From positions 80,972,001 through 81,036,000 of the forward strand of contig OX597826.1 in assembly GCA_951406725.2 (NCBI GenBank): 64,000 bases of DNA, in the 5' to 3' direction. This stretch comes from Octopus vulgaris (Eukaryota). Position numbers and translations under genes: made by a program. Positions 12,092-24,428 of the stretch are shown piece by piece; the stretch's first letter is position 1; each line of letters starts with the position of its first letter. The notes under the pieces were generated by a model that was not told where the DNA came from, searched no databases, and worked only from the letters and a program-made list of their open reading frames with translations.

Positions 12092-12695
12092 GGTTTTCTC
12101 TTCGTCGGACAATGTCCATGCTGGAGCTCCGTCTTCCAGGGTCTTATTGTCATGTCGACCCCAGTAATTATTTCACGCGGGAGCGAATCGCAATGTACAC
12201 ACACACACACACACTCGTCTATAAAGTGAGAGTGGGTGAAATTCACATCCTTTTCTTTTGTTTTACCGCTAACTCTTAAATTGAACACATTATTATGTAT
12301 AATGTCTAATCGTTAAGTTTGATAAATTGTCAAAGTTTGAAGTGAAATTACGGCACAAGGGTTGTGATGTATATATATATATATATATAAATTAAAAGCT
12401 ACATGCTTTCTATTAACAAATTACCTTTACAAATTATATAAACTTATACACTTATATGAATAATGTGTAGCACCCACATCCGTCTACTGCTGACTGTCAA
12501 AAGAAAGAGCATTTAATACCATGGCAGAGATTAATAATGCATATTTTATTTTGGTCAAGTTAGTCTCTTGCTCCTATTAAGTTTGCCAGTGGGTGAGGTG
12601 CAAAGGATCTTCCGGCAAGTTATGATTAGACTAGCTGTGTAGCAAGAGACCGACTCGACCGAAATTATATGTGTATATATATGATATGATATATA

Positions 12696-13598
12696 CATGT
12701 CTATTAAATTGTTGAGTAATACTTCTTTGATTGGAAACTGATGTCTATGTATTTAGACACTTTCGTTCGGAGTTGGATTCACTCCGTCGTTGCTGTGAAC
12801 CAACTCATTTATTTGTATTTAACATTTACTTCTATATAAAATGGGTAAATGTCAGCGATGTGTTCGCGAGTGTAATGTAACGGTAGACACGATTCTTGCA
12901 CTTGTCATCCTCTCTTCTTTGTGTTTGAACGAGTTTCTCTTTTATTGTCTCGGGATGGCTGTTTGTATATGAGATTCTAAAATTTCTCTTTCAATCGTAT
13001 CCGGCTTTCTCTACTAAGCAAAAGATCGATATTTTTATTTTAAATAAAGCCCCACAGTTCTTTCAGGCCTTCCAAAACAAGCAGTTGGCTCTGAAACCAA
13101 AGTTGTCGTTGCAACTTTAGCAGGATATATCGTCTAAATGCCACAGTTTTAGGTAACTGGCTGCCTTCTTTATTCCCCGGCACTCCATACTCGATTTGTA
13201 TGCAAAATTGTTGTTCTACATGACGAGGCATGGGTCACGAATTCTTCAAAGGAAGCCACTAAAATCGCAGAGAAGTCACGGCTGTAGATTGTGCTTTTTC
13301 ATCTCGGGTTAGACTTGTAGTCAAAGACATTACAGACTGTTCCTTGTTCTTCCGGACACACAAAGAAGAGAGGATGACAAGTGCAAGAATCGTGTCTACC
13401 GTTACATTACACTCGCGAACACATCGCTGACATTTGCCCATTTTATATATAAGTAAATATATAAGTAAATGTTAAATACAAATAAATGAGTTGGTTCACA
13501 GCAACGACGGAGTGAATCCAACTCCGAACGAAAGTGTCTAAATACATAGACATCAGTTTCCAATCAAAGAAGTATTACTCAACAATTTAATAGACATG
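12696..13598. mobile_element. Element with ~230-bp near-perfect terminal inverted repeats (foldback/MITE- or PLE-type, unclassified)
   Basis: 12696-12924 is the reverse complement of 13358-13598 apart from 2 substitutions and a 12-nt duplication; 433-bp spacer; no clear TSD. Confidence 0.85.
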
Positions 13599-14553
13599 AT
13601 GTACTTCTTGTTTTTTTTATTTTATGTATATAATGCTAGGGTATAGTTTGAGAGATATTTTGCTTCCGTATTGAGCAGGTCTAATTCTCTATGAGGATAA
13701 ATACACACGCACTCGTGCGCGCCTGCCTCATCACTTATCAAAGACCCATCATTGAGAGACTTTGTCTCCGTCCCATTTAACCCGGGGAAATTTACCCAGT
13801 TTAAGAACTCCTTGAACGAAGTAACGACGAGAAAATGTAGAAAGGATTCCATAGTTCCGCAAGAGCTCAACAAGTGCAATTGACGAAGCCACATAAGTGT
13901 AGAATAGCGTCGGCAAAAGTGAAAGTATTTGCAAAACTTAGAGTATCTGATTAGAAAGTTAAATCGGTGCGAGATGCTGGGAAAAGCGATAAATTAATAT
14001 TTGTCTTATTTTCTTAAAATAGAAACTGGATATCGGTTTTGGAATCGTGAACAGTATTCATGGAGATCGAATGAAAACAGCAGAGAAACTACTTTGACTT
14101 CATCTCTCTTTATTTGTTGATAGTCATCGGAGTCGACCAAGTCGCGCTTTTACTTTGCATTCTATATGCCCCCCCTCACACTATAATGTGTGTGTGCATG
14201 TTATCGAAATTAATAATCTAATTTACAAGTGTAATTCTTCGATTCATTTTTCCATTTTTATAATCACTGAGTTTATTTGTTTACGTTTCTTTATTTTTAT
14301 TAAAAAATCAGAAAAGCCGTTTATTTCGTTTTTTTAAATATTTCTTTAGACTACTACTACTACTAATAATAATAATAATAATAATAACCTTATAAAAAGA
14401 TCCCACAATTCTTGTATATTCCGATTTTTTGTGGGGTTCTAGAGTCAACACTTTAAAATCTTGCTACTCCCAAACCCCTGTTCCCTATACATTTTACTTT
14501 ACAAGACTCGCGGCGTGCGCTCCCGCCGTCACAAACACATTATACATACATAC

Positions 14554-14589
<36 letters not shown>

Positions 14590-15419
14590 GTGTGTGTGAT
14601 AATCGAGGTACAAAGATCAATAGATAAAACAGAAATGTCTGCTATGAAGCGTCAAGTGTCTATTTCACACTGAGTTGTGTTTGATAGCCTAAGTCTGTCA
14701 ATGAATGATTAAAAACAAAAGAGAAAGAAAGGAAGAAATATTCTGTCTCAGAGTACATATATAATAAGCACAGTCTTTCTCATATAGATATCTGTGTGTG
14801 TAAGACCTGGGGACGATTCCTTCCACTAAAGGTGGTACTCCAGCATGACCACAGTCAAATGACTGTATAAAGCCGTCTAAAAATCCTTAAGTCAGGGAAA
14901 ATATGCCCTTGTCTGTCAATAGGGTGGGTGCCATCTCCGAAGGGTTTGTGGTGTTTGCGTACCACCTTGCTATCTCATACCCAGTGCGAAACTTATTGCG
15001 TAACATCAGCTGAAATGGATCTCCAATACTACCAAATATCATAACATGCACTCGTGAGCTATTAAAATTATCTTGGCCTCTGGCAAATGGTAATTGAGAC
15101 CATCTCCACTTGGCAAGGGGAGATAATCTGGAAAAATCAAGAATTTTTTGGAAGTTGACATTCTATTCAAGAAAAAGACGGGATTATAGTCTGCAGCCAA
15201 GAGGACAGTCATGGACACGTCTTCTGACTCAGTAGGCATTGTGTTGATGACACCTATATACCTACACACATACACCTGCTGCAAGAGATGCCTATCAATG
15301 CCATATTTGTATAAAAGGGTGTTGGTCTCTTGTGAGACTGAAAAGCCACATATCTGTTGTTCATGAGAACAATCAGGTAAAAAGCTTTGCTCGAAACTGC
15401 TTTGCATTCGTGGCCGGTG

Positions 15420-15612
15420 GGTGGGGGTTGCTTTGGAGTAGATTTTTTTTCCAATTTCTTGGGAACCATTCAGCAACTGCACTGCCCCACCTGTTTATGG
15501 ACCTTGCAACATGTCTAACCCAGCAGAATTCTGTGGTCATCTCCTTCAGTTTGCTCTGTTCTCAACTTACCTCATTTCCGATAAACTCCCACAATGACAT
15601 TCCTAGCATGGG
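15420..15612 (-). mobile_element. RTE LINE ORF C-terminal remnant
   Basis: MLGMSLWEFIGNE...CWVRHVARSINRWGSAVAEWFPRNWKK fits MLG.SL.D.I.NE...WAGHVAR...RW...V..W.PR. Confidence 0.7.
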
Positions 15613-15801
15613 TCTTTCTATGGGCTTGGCGTCAGGAAGGGCATCCAGCTGTAGAAACATTGCCAGATCAGATTGGAACCTGGTGCAGCTGCTGGCTCTC
15701 CAGGCCTCAGTCAAACCATCCAAGCTATGCCAGCATGGAAAATGGACGTTAAACGATGATGATGATGATGATATATACTTGTATATATATATGTGTGTGC
15801 A

Positions 15802-16180
15802 TGGAGGTGCAATGGCCCAGTAGTTAAGACAGCAGACTTGTGGTCATAGGATCACTGTTTTGATTCCCAGACTGGGCGTTGTGTTTATTGAGCGAAAACA
15901 CCTAAAAGCTCCATGAGGCTCTGGAAGGGGGTGGTGGCGAACCCTGCTGTACTCTTTCACCACTACATTCTCTCACTCTTTCTTTCTGTTTCTATTGTAC
16001 CTGTATTTCAAAAAGGGCCAGCCTTGTCACACTCTGTGTCACGCTGAATCTCCCCAACAACTACGTTAAGGGTATGCGTGTCTGTGGAGTGCTCAGCCAC
16101 TTGCACGTTAATTTCACGAGCAGGCTGTTCCGTTGATCGGATCAACTGGAACCCTCGTCGTCGTAACCGACGGAGTGCCA
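15802..16180 (+). mobile_element. tRNA-derived SINE (group D, body alpha + tail 1)
   Basis: tRNA-like head ggaggtgcaatggcccagtagttaag...gattcccagactggg; body ttgagcgaaaacacctaaaagctcc; tail ending gtcgtaaccgacggagtgcca. Confidence 0.85.
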
Positions 16181-16290
16181 TGATGTATGTATATGCATAT
16201 GTGTACATGTGTATGTGTATATATATGTATTTTATTCTTTTACTTGTTTCAGTTATTTGACTGTGGCCATGCTAGAGCACCACCTTAAAG

Positions 16291-17335
16291 GGTATGGTCA
16301 TGTGATGCATATGAATGAGGTCAACTGTGTAAAGAAGTGTCAATCTCTGTGGAGGGAACCTGTAGAAGAGGTAGATCCAGGAAGTCATGGGACGAAGTGG
16401 TGAAGCATGATCTTTGAACTTTGAGCCTCAGAGGCAGTGACTTGCGATTGAGACCTCATTCATATGCATCACATGACCATACCAGTGCAGTCATCTCTCA
16501 TGCCTAACTTTTCTCTTAAGATGTTTACACTCTGTCGACCATGCACACTGACATTACACATCCAGCAAAGCATACTGGCTTCATTTCTTTCGTGCCTCTG
16601 CATCTCCTCAATTAGTCACAGCCCATGTTTCACTGCCAGGTAACATAGCTGTATGCACATAGGCATCATACAGTCTGCCTTTCACTCTGGGAGACAGGCC
16701 CTTTGTTGCCAGCAGAGGTAGGAGCTCTCTGAACTTTGCCCAACCTTACCTTACTCTCACATCTCCACTATTAACTTGGTCACCTAGAAAACGAAAGCTA
16801 TCTGCTACCTCTAGTTTACCCTCCTGGCAGTTGATGGAGTCTATTTTCTGTACATTTTTGATGTTTATTGTACCTGTGCATCTTCCACATACAAAAGCTA
16901 TTTTCCTTGTTAACCTTCCTCTGATATTGCTGCACCTTTTATGCATCAAAAGCTTAAACTGGGTGCATCTTATGGAGTTTCTACCTATGCCTTTTCTACA
17001 GATCAAGTAGGGCCATCTACCTGAAGGGATTTGTGATTTGTTTGTCTTCCACTTATTTTGGAAGATTTTGGCTTTTGCTCGGTTAACTCTGAGGCCCTTT
17101 GATTCTAGACCTTGTTTCCGTACCTGGTACTTCTTCTCTAATTCTGGTAGTGATTCAGCTATAAGAGCAAGGCCATCAGCACAGAGGAGCTCCCAAGGGG
17201 CAGCCTTGTCTTAAATTCCTCTGTTATTGCCTGGAGGACTATGATGAACAAGAGGGGGCTGAGGACAAATCCTTGGTGAACCCCTACTTGTACCTAGAAT
17301 TCTGCACTGTACTTGTTGCCAACCTTCACCTTACT
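16291..17335 (-). mobile_element. RTE LINE reverse-transcriptase fragment with locally inverted 3' segment
   Basis: Minus strand carries VHQG..LSPLLFIIV, ELLCADGLAL (YADD), ICRKGIGRNSIRC...HKRCS and LHWYGHVM; 16291-16452 carries the continuation (YGHVMHM...RGRSRKSWDEVVKHDL) on the + strand. Confidence 0.9.
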
Positions 17336-17869
17336 ATATATATATATATCTGTGTGGTGGTCTTTGTGTCTGTTTGTCCCCCACCCACCCACCCAACCAC
17401 TTGACAATGGGTGTTGGTGTGTTTACATCCCCATAACTTAGCTGTTTGGCAAGAGAAGCCATTTGCCAGGCAGGGCGGTCTTGAGTCAGTATGTTACTGT
17501 CTATCTATTTACCTCCCTATTTCTCTTTCTCTCTCTTCACCACCACTATCATCATCTACACATCCCTCCATCAATACTAGTATTAGTACAACTACTGCCA
17601 TCACCAACCTACCAACTCTTTATTGACCAACAATAACAACATCAATAATTTTGTACCAAATAAGCAGCTGCATCTAAAATCAAAGACAATCACAAGATAT
17701 TTCCGTACCCCAGCGTATTTTAAAAGTCGAATGAAATGTTTCAAATCTTGGTCCTATGAACTTTAACCTTATTTTATGAATTATTTTAATTTAAGGAAGG
17801 TTAGGGTTAGGGTTGAGCCTTTGCCAGTGTGGACATTGATGTCGAACCAGAGAAAAATCTGCCTCTTTG

Positions 17870-18130
17870 AATTCTCTCTGATTCATGCAAACACTGGAAA
17901 AGTGGACATTAGTATGCTGACTTTCAGAAACATTTTTTCCATGCTCAGAATTGCTGAAGCATGGAATAAACTACCTGCATCAGTTGTTTGCTCTCTGGAC
18001 ACTACATCCTTCAAAACTTTCATGCTTCCTGACATTCGCCAACAATAAACTTGGATGTCTCCCCACCTTTTCTATTTTTTTAAACAATTCTTTCATTGTT
18101 CGCTTCCTGTACATTATTCTATGCACTGTT
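17870..18130 (+). mobile_element. CR1/L2-type LINE 3' end
   Basis: FRNIFSMLRIAEAWNKLPASVVCSLDTTSFK matches R..FF..R....WN.LP..VV.....FK. Confidence 0.75.
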
Positions 18131-19086
18131 GATGCAGTTTTTGGTTTTTCTGGTGAGTTGTAGTGCACCTGAGCACCGTATACAATTAGTTCATTATTAC
18201 TATCATCGTATGATGCTGTTAATGTTAGCAGAGCTGAGTTACACAAATATTTCTGTGTATATTTATTTGATAGAGTGTATGCAGAGAAAATGAAAGTTCG
18301 TGTAGCTTTGTAACAGATGGAGTGAATTTTAAAAGTGCATGAAAGAAATACAGCCTCTATTTTTTTTCTTTTTTTGTAATATTTCACTGTATTTATCTAC
18401 AATGACAATAAACATTATATTCAATAATCTGCAGACCAGATATTATAAAGTAGTCTGAAAAGGAAAGTTAAGGGTTGATTATCAAGTAAGTAATTTAAAA
18501 GTGCTTACTTAGCTTTCTGTTAACATATGACTGAAAGATGGTGCTCCAGAATGGCTGCAGTCATATTGCTGAAACAAATAAAATAATATGTATGGATACA
18601 CACATGCATACATACACACACAATGTGCACGTACCATAGAAATGTGTGTGTGTGTATTGCTGGATCATATTGATCTATATTATATGATAAAAGTATGATA
18701 TGGAAAACTCAGCAACCAACAGCAGCTGTTACCAAGGCACAGAAACAATTGTTGCGATTTGTGATTAAAGCCAGTTCATTCCATCTTCTTGTTTTATGAA
18801 TTTATATATATATATATACAGCCCTTCACATCCCTAAAGTGACAGAATGGTCAGGACCAGTGGAATAAAAAAAGGACTTTACTTGTAAAATAGGTAAAAA
18901 ATGGCAGGAAGGACATTTGACTGATAAATATTCTTTCAAATAAATCTGTGCAACCCCTTGTTCACTGGAAAAACAGCCATAATCAAATGTACAAATGACT
19001 CCTCTGTCAGTTCTATATTTAAGAGATGAGGAATTATGTACATTATTTACATTTAGTGGATATTTGTCCTCATTTTGTTTGTTGTT

Positions 19087-19132
19087 AACACAACGTTTCG
19101 GCTGTTATACCCTCCTGCCTTCATCAGGTGTC
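19087..19132 (-). ncRNA. Minimal type I hammerhead ribozyme motif (canonical core)
   Basis: gacac-CTGATGA-a-ggcag...cagcc-GAAA-cg-TT-gtgtt: stem I gacac/gtgtt, stem II with one mismatch, palindromic ACGT in place of stem III. Confidence 0.75.
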
Positions 19133-19310
19133 TTGGGGAAATTTCGAACCTGGGCATATGGCATTGTGGTTAAGAGTGCAGGCTACTAACCCCAAGATTC
19201 CAAGTTCGATTCCAAGCAGTGACCTGAATAATAATAATAATAATAATAACAACAACAACAACATTGAAAAATACCTTAAAAATGAGAACCCAGGTTCGAA
19301 ATTTCCCTAA

Positions 19311-19356
19311 GACACCTGATGAAGGCTGGAGGGTATATCAGCCGAAATGTTGTGTT
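19311..19356 (+). ncRNA. Minimal type I hammerhead ribozyme motif (second copy)
   Basis: gacac-CTGATGA-a-ggctg(gagggtatat)cagcc-GAAA-tg-TT-gtgtt; perfect stem II, CpG-decay change in the stem III palindrome. Confidence 0.72.
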
Positions 19357-19724
19357 AACAACAAACAAGATGAGGACAAATATCCGCTAAATGTAAAAAA
19401 TGGACTCTGTCAGTGTTTAATTTTCTCAAAAACTTTCCATTTCTGTTGCTTAGGATCTGACAAATACTGGTATGACTGTGATATTTTGCTGAAGAGGCCT
19501 AATAGGACTGAAACATATCTAGGGTTGTCACCCATGAAACTCACTTATGTAGCATGCCTCCTCTCACCCTTCAATTTTTAATTAGTATAAATTCAGAATT
19601 TGTACCCCATGTATTATTAATTTCCCCATCACCCCTACTTTTGATTGATATTTGAATAAGTTCTATTTAAACCGATAACAGCTACTTACCAAGAAATCTC
19701 TCCATGGTTGTTTGGCCCCTACTG

Positions 19725-20041
19725 TGAAGGCACATGGTGCTTAGTGGTTAGGTTATGACTCGTGGTCATAAGATTGTGAGTTTAATTACTAGTAGCGCAG
19801 TGTGTCCTTGAGCAAGAATCTTTATTTCACATTGCTCCAGTGCACTTGGCTGGCAAAAATGAGTTGTAACATTAATTCAAAGGGTCAACGTCGACACATT
19901 GTGTGATGCTGAAACTCCCCGAGAACTACATTAAGGGAATGTGTGTCTGTGGAATACTCAGCCACTTGCACATTAATTTCATGAACAGGCTGTTCGGTCG
20001 ATTGGATCAACTGGAACCCTCATCATAACCGATGGAGTGCC
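19725..20041 (+). mobile_element. tRNA-derived SINE (group D, body beta + tail 1)
   Basis: Head gaaggcacatgg...ttagtggttagg; body tccttgagcaag...tttatttcacattgctccagt; tail shared with 16010-16180. Confidence 0.8.
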
Positions 20042-20479
20042 TGTTAGGAATCGCAGCCAAATGTGTCTCATATCTTCTTGAATAAGGACAAGATACATCA
20101 AATAACATAGTCTCCTTACCTTTGAAATATGGGATGGTCAGAACTGGAATGGTTTTGTATCCTTGTTTTCCTTGATTAGGGTCCACCAGGAGCTAAACCA
20201 CAGCAACAACTAAATTTGTCACTTGTCTTTTTTTATGTTATTCAATTTGGTTTGATTCTAATTTGAAATTGTAGGGAAACAATTAGAATCTATTTTTAAT
20301 TAATTTATTAAAGGTCTACATCTTGTTGAATTTGGTTCTGTGCCCTTCTTCTGCTGATGTTGTATTTCATTCAGGACTTGTAAATTAAATAGCAGTTTAA
20401 GTGGGGGCTGATGTGAGCAACAGTTGTTTCTGATAAACCCTGTGTGGCTTTGTGCCTAAGTTGGCTGTTGTAATAATAA

Positions 20480-20950
20480 TATTTTATTTGCTACAAAGGC
20501 AACAGACGAAAAGCGGATTTCAAGGACGAATAATGAAAATGGCAGCAGTTTACATAAAATTAGTTATGTGAGAAGGTAGTTCCTAGTAAATACAAAAAGG
20601 GCTGAAGTAAGATATCCCACCAGAGGGACAGTCTCCTAAGCCCCTTCAAGAAAAACTCCACACAACTATGATTACTCTGACTACCAAGGACAAAATGTTT
20701 TCTCTGACCTACAGATGTATATTGAGAATAGATCCGTTCATGTTGGCCGTTCTTGCTGTGTTCTCTCAGCTTTCAACAAATTCCCTGGAGAGCAGAACTT
20801 CACTGTCCTGCAACTTGAAGTTGATGAGGCCTTGCTTAGAGTGGAACATTTCTGTTCTCAGTCCCTTCAATCTTGTTCACCATAGAATCTATTTTGGCTA
20901 CGGCCACTTGGAAGAAGAGATCTGCATACCTTTGCTGTCAGGTAGATTTG
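20480..20950 (-). mobile_element. L1/Tx1-like LINE 3' end with 3' UTR
   Basis: Minus-strand GLINFKLQDSEVLLSREFVES*ENTARTANMNGSILNIHL* followed by a UTR ending in aataaaa; resemblance judged by eye. Confidence 0.45.
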
Positions 20951-22154
20951 TTCTGTCTAATTTCTGACTTTTCTCTAATTTCTAACATACAGTCAAGAAC
21001 TCTGAAGATGGTGTATAGTTGATTTAATTGGTCTCAGTATTTGCCTGATTCTAGAAAAATGAAAGATATATGAGAAAGTGTGAGGGTGGGTGTACACGTG
21101 AGTGAGAGAAACATATTTTGATAGCATTGATGAAATGAAAGAAATAGTTAACCATCAAAGCAAATGAGGTACATTATTATATTTTCAACTCTATATTTTG
21201 AATTCTTCAGGTTTCCTTTGGTGTTTCACCATTTTGTGTGTCAAAAATACGTGTACCACTGAGCATTTTCAGGCTTGATTCAATCAACACTACTTCATCT
21301 TTCTTCCCCACAAAACCCTCCTCTGTAGTTGTGAATTGGCAAAACTGTTAAGGTTTTGGCCAAAATGCCTGCCTTATTTACTTGTGATCCCTTCAATCCC
21401 TGAAAATCATTTCAATGTAACAGGGCTGATTTAAAGTACCAGTGATAAACCAACTCTATTTAATATTGCTATTGAGTACTCATGATGAAGATATGTCAAG
21501 TTTATGAAGGCAATATGGCTGGCTGAAAATGCCTTTACTGTTTTTTTGGTAGATATTGGACATCATTACTGGAATCATCATCATCATCATTTAACATCTG
21601 TTTTCTGGCATGGGTTGGGCAGTTTAGCAGGAGCTGGCAATTGGAGAGCTCCACCAAGCTCCAATTGTCTGTTTTAACTTAGTTTCTATGGCTGGATGCC
21701 CTTCCTAATGCCAACCACTCTACAGAGTGTACTGGGTGCTTAATACGTGGCACCAGGGTGTCTTCTACATGGCACCAGCACACGTGCTTTCAGTGTGGTA
21801 TCATCATGAGGACAACCACGAAATTTAATTTCACAGTGATGGGGTTAATCTGCAAAAGTCTGAAGACTGTGGATTGGTAGAATTGAGAGAGAATTCAACC
21901 AAATTCCTTGCAGCATTCAGCTCCATCACTTTCTGTTCTGAGTTCGTTTCCTTCTGAGGTTCGCTTTGTCTTTCATTCTTCTTTAAAAGAAGGAATTAAA
22001 GTACCAGTCACGTACTGGGGTTTACTTAATAATATGGTGACTAAATTTGTGGCCTTGTACCTATTAGGAATTATTAATCAGTAAAAAAGATAGCAGATAT
22101 AATATGAAGAATATCACAAATCTTTAGATTTAGTGAATTCAGATGATTGATTCA

Positions 22155-22397
22155 GATGGTGTGGCTTAGTGGTTAGGGCATCGACCTCATCATCATAAGA
22201 TTGTGGTTTCAATTCCTAGACTGGGTGATGTGTTGTGTTCTTGAGCAAAACACTTCATTTCATGTTGCTCCAGTCCACTCAGCTGCCAGAAATGAGTTAT
22301 CCTGTGATGGACTGGCGTTCCGTCCAGGAGGGGAATGTATATGCCATTGATACTGGGAAACCGGCCCTTGGGAGTTGGTATAACTCGAGAAGGAATG
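22155..22397 (+). mobile_element. tRNA-derived SINE (group D, body beta + tail 3)
   Basis: Head gtggcttagtggttagggc; body ttcttgagcaaaacacttcatttcatgttgctccagt; tail cctgtgatggactggcgttccgtccagg...gaaaccggcc...ctcgagaagga. Confidence 0.8.
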
Positions 22398-23701
22398 CTT
22401 TTACACACATACAAGTGTGTGTGTGTGTGTGTATTTATATTTCTTCTTTACCCTCTTCTTTCTCTCTCTCTCCTTCTCTTCCCCACTTACCAATTATGTC
22501 TCACTTTTCAACCGACCTCTTAAAGTACCTCTTAACTTATTTAGTTTCAGTCTTTCCAAGGAGAATGGATGCTGGGTTTATTCCTTTGGCTTTGGAATAA
22601 AAGGAAAGAACAAAAACATCCTATTATCAAATGAAGCAAATCTAAATACATGCACATACACACACACACACACACACATATGGAGTGTGTGTGTGTATAA
22701 TGTTTGTATGCATACATAAACATCTATCTTCGTATGAACCATCAGTACCTTACCTTAGCCAATATTGATTACCTTTCATAGGGTTTTTTTCTCACCTCAC
22801 CTGTAGGTGTTGATGAGCCACTGATCACTTTACCTGTCGAGGAAATTTACTTTGGATGGTATTCAATTAAGTGCTAATCAGACTTAACGAATATTGCTAA
22901 AGATGTCAGTCAAAGACACACTCTGTAAAAATTAATCAATTATCAACATACATCAGTTGGTTCCGACATGAGGGAGAGGAGGAGGAAGAAGAGGAAGCAA
23001 GTAATAAGCTACATTCATGGAACATCCTTCGTTCGTTCTTTCCTTCTTTCTCTCTCTTTTCATACTCTCATTCTTACTCTCTCTCTCTCTCCTCTCATTC
23101 TTTCTCCCTGCTGTCTCTTTCTTATTCTTTTCCTCTCTCTCCTACTTACTGTCATGCAGGTATTTAATTACAAACACACACACACACACACACCTTTGCA
23201 TTAAAATTGATTTTTCATTCAATTTTTTCTGCTGGTTCATTTGGCTGTGAACCCAGGATGAAAATGTTTTGGTTGGCTGGATTTGAAATTACTTTAGTCT
23301 TGACACTTTCATTAACCCTTGGCAGGAATGAAGCAACCACAAACACCATTCCTTACCTTTATTCCAGCCTCTCACAGCTCTTACACTGTATCATTAAACA
23401 CCTTAGCAGCTGCCAAGTGATGTTTAGTCTCACATCAACCTTCAGTGAACAAACCCATCATTGGAGATGTTTCAACTTTAATCATCTCAATTTCTCTCCT
23501 CCAAACCTAGTCTATCTAAGATTGCATCTAGTGTGGCCTTCTTTTTTCTTCAAACTGATATGGTGTAATTCTGGAATGATTTGGCTATTGTTTCCAACAG
23601 GTTGAGTATAGAATCTCCTACATAGAGTAAATGCATAGAGTTTTCAGACCTTCTCTAAATGTTGAACATAAAACAATTTTGATAGAAGTTTCTACATATT
23701 A

Positions 23702-23914
23702 CTCTTTTACGCTTTTACTTGCCTCAGTCATTTGACTGCGGCCATACTGAAGCACCGCCTTTAGTCAAGCAAATCGACCCCAGGACTTATTCTTTGGAAG
23801 CCTAGTACTTATTCTACCAGTCTCTTTTGCCGAACCGCTAAGTTACAGGGATGTAAACACACCAGCATCAGTTGTCAAGTAATGTTGGGGGGGGGGACAA
23901 ACACATACACATAT

Positions 23915-23963
<49 letters not shown>

Positions 23964-24130
23964 TATATATGACGGGTTTCTTTCAGTTTCCGTCTACCAA
24001 ATCCACTGACAAGGCTTTGGTCGGCCCAAGGCTATAGTAGAAGACACTTGCCCAAGATGCCATGCAGTGGGGCTGAACCCGGAACCATGTGGTTGGTAAG
24101 CAAGCTACCTACCACACAGCCACTCCTGCG
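23702..24130 (-). mobile_element. Full-length family A SINE
   Basis: High similarity to the reverse complement of 5085-5490. Confidence 0.9.
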
Positions 24131-24218
24131 TCGATGTGGTTGTGTGTGATCTTTATTGTTGAAGGACAGTAGATTTAAATGTTAGAGCAATGGATTAAAT
24201 GATGGATCAGGGGATTAT

Positions 24219-24428
24219 TCCCTTTAGCACTTAAACTGGTCGTATCTGGCTCAGATATTTCACCTGTTTTCTGTTCAAACTAGCCACATCTGGCTTCTCA
24301 CACCTTACCCTACAATATCATAAAAATAAGCAGTCACATCATCAAAATCTCAAATACTTAATTAATTCAAGACAATGGGAATAAACAAACATTACACTTG
24401 ACAGACTAATCCGAATGATAAAAGGTTA
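24219..24428. mobile_element. piggyBac-type MITE (CCCTTTAGCATT...AATGCTAAAGGG family)
   Basis: Ends ccctttagcac / aatgataaaagg|ttaa; related copies at 29780-30616, 35941-36478, 47155-47353, 61820-62015. Confidence 0.6.

Larger units (their letters stand above)
19012..19404. mobile_element. Non-autonomous PLE-type element: tRNA-like head + (AAT/AAC)n + hammerhead module, with inverted duplicate; 10-bp TSD
   Basis: 19042-19154 is the reverse complement of 19289-19402; TSD ctctgtcagt at 19002-19011 and 19405-19414; tRNA-like segment 19152-19224 with A box tggcattgtgg and B box gttcgattcc. Confidence 0.8.

Noticed and set aside
15039-15482. 147-aa minus-strand ORF as a nested gene
   Set aside because: It begins out of frame in an RTE remnant and has no recognisable domain or splice signals.
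19152-19224. Functional tRNA gene
   Set aside because: Acceptor and anticodon stems do not pair properly and it is embedded in a TSD-flanked element; the same holds for the SINE heads at 15802, 33726, 36061 and 56250.
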